From: Podospora anserina
Taxonomy: Eukaryota
Direction: 5' to 3'
DNA length: 64,000 nt
Assembly (NCBI GenBank): GCA_017654855.1
Contig: CM030337.1
Span: 372,001 to 436,000, forward strand
The position numbers and the translations under genes were made by a program. The notes under the pieces were generated by a model. That model was not told the origin of the DNA and did no database searches. It saw only the letters and a list, made by a program, of their open reading frames with translations. Of the stretch, positions 63,102 through 64,000 are shown piece after piece (the first letter of the stretch is position 1; the number at the start of each line of letters is the position of its first letter).

Positions 63102-64000
63102 ACTAGCTTTGATGGGAGGAAAACAGATTGGTGGTTTAGGTATATAATAATTGCCTTTGGTTTGGCGATTTCACGGCGTTGGGTTTTGGTTTCTTCTTAC
63201 ACAACACTTACACCAAGCAGTAATGAGACAGTGGTGGATATGCGGTGGGGAGACCGGTTGTTTGCCTTGCGCAGGCATGATGATGAGGACAAGATCATCA
63301 AAAGAGAAAACTAATTTAACATTTCTCAACAACCAATTCCCAGACTCTTTCACGTTTATGCCGGCTCTAGGATATTTGTTTCTTGTTTCTTCACGATAGT
63401 TGTGGGTTGGCTTCCTTCAACGGTATGCGTCTTAGGTGGCCTTCTGGAACTGGACAGGACATAACGACAATGTCAGATAGGAAAATGAGATGGGCCTCAC
63501 CAACACCGGCCATCTACACTCATATGATAGAAATGGAGGGGAGTGTACATAAGCGAGGCCTCTCCACCATCTTCCCCAGACCAACGATCGCCAATCCGTT
63601 TTGCTGGCCTTTCCGAGCTTCTCAAAGCAAAAAGCCACATATGTTGTTTGTTTCCTGTGCAGGGACAAAAATTATCTTGTTAGACAGAGCGGTCAATGCC
63701 CGTCGGCCGCTTGGCCACCTTCTCGGGCTCCATCCGGAGAATTCTCCCACAAAGTGGCGGCCAGGAATATGGCCCGTTGAGATTCTCGAAGGAAACACGG
63801 GTAGGAGACCGAGTTTGCGGCCATGGGGTTTGGGGATTTTTTCCAGATGAAAACTTGAAATCGGCCTGATGATTGGGTCGAGGGACGAGTCCGAAGTTGT
63901 GACTTGGGCCGTGGTGATGTGACGGGTGGTCGGGATAGTAGGTCCACGGGTTGATAGTGAACAGTCTTGCGAGAACTCGGTACCAGGTTGGGAGGTGTGC

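Overview
Eukaryotic DNA from a filamentous ascomycete. Short GT-AG introns with CTRAC/GCTAAC branch sites, the gene content and RIP-like mutations point to a Sordariales genome such as Podospora (inference). The window holds about 17 recognisable protein genes (AP-2 alpha adaptin 5' end, WSC protein, NDUFAF5-like methyltransferase, ARPC5, DBR1, alpha/beta hydrolase, elongin C, RHO4, DAD1, MscS-like channel, dienelactone hydrolase, cytosolic HSP70, HMG-box factor, RVB1, EamA transporter, macrodomain protein, TAF13, kish) and 5 tRNA genes (3 Lys-CTT with introns, Gly-GCC, Thr-AGT). It also has a ~17 kb gene desert (8.0-24.7 kb). Most interesting observations: (1) an orphan spliced gene whose last exon encodes tandem NxG-phi-Q-phi-GxN (PP/RHIM-like amyloid) repeats, cut by four RIP-type CAA->TAA stops; (2) a C/D-box guide RNA in the elongin C intron complementary to U2 snRNA, predicting 2'-O-methylation at the human-A30 equivalent; (3) a 31-aa micropeptide gene with a 5'-UTR intron inside the desert; (4) a multibranch RNA structure in a long intron of the dienelactone hydrolase gene; (5) a perfect 124-bp inverted copy of HSP70 coding sequence upstream of HSP70; (6) a candidate mitochondrial presequence on Dbr1. 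All gene models and alignments were derived by eye and need computational confirmation.
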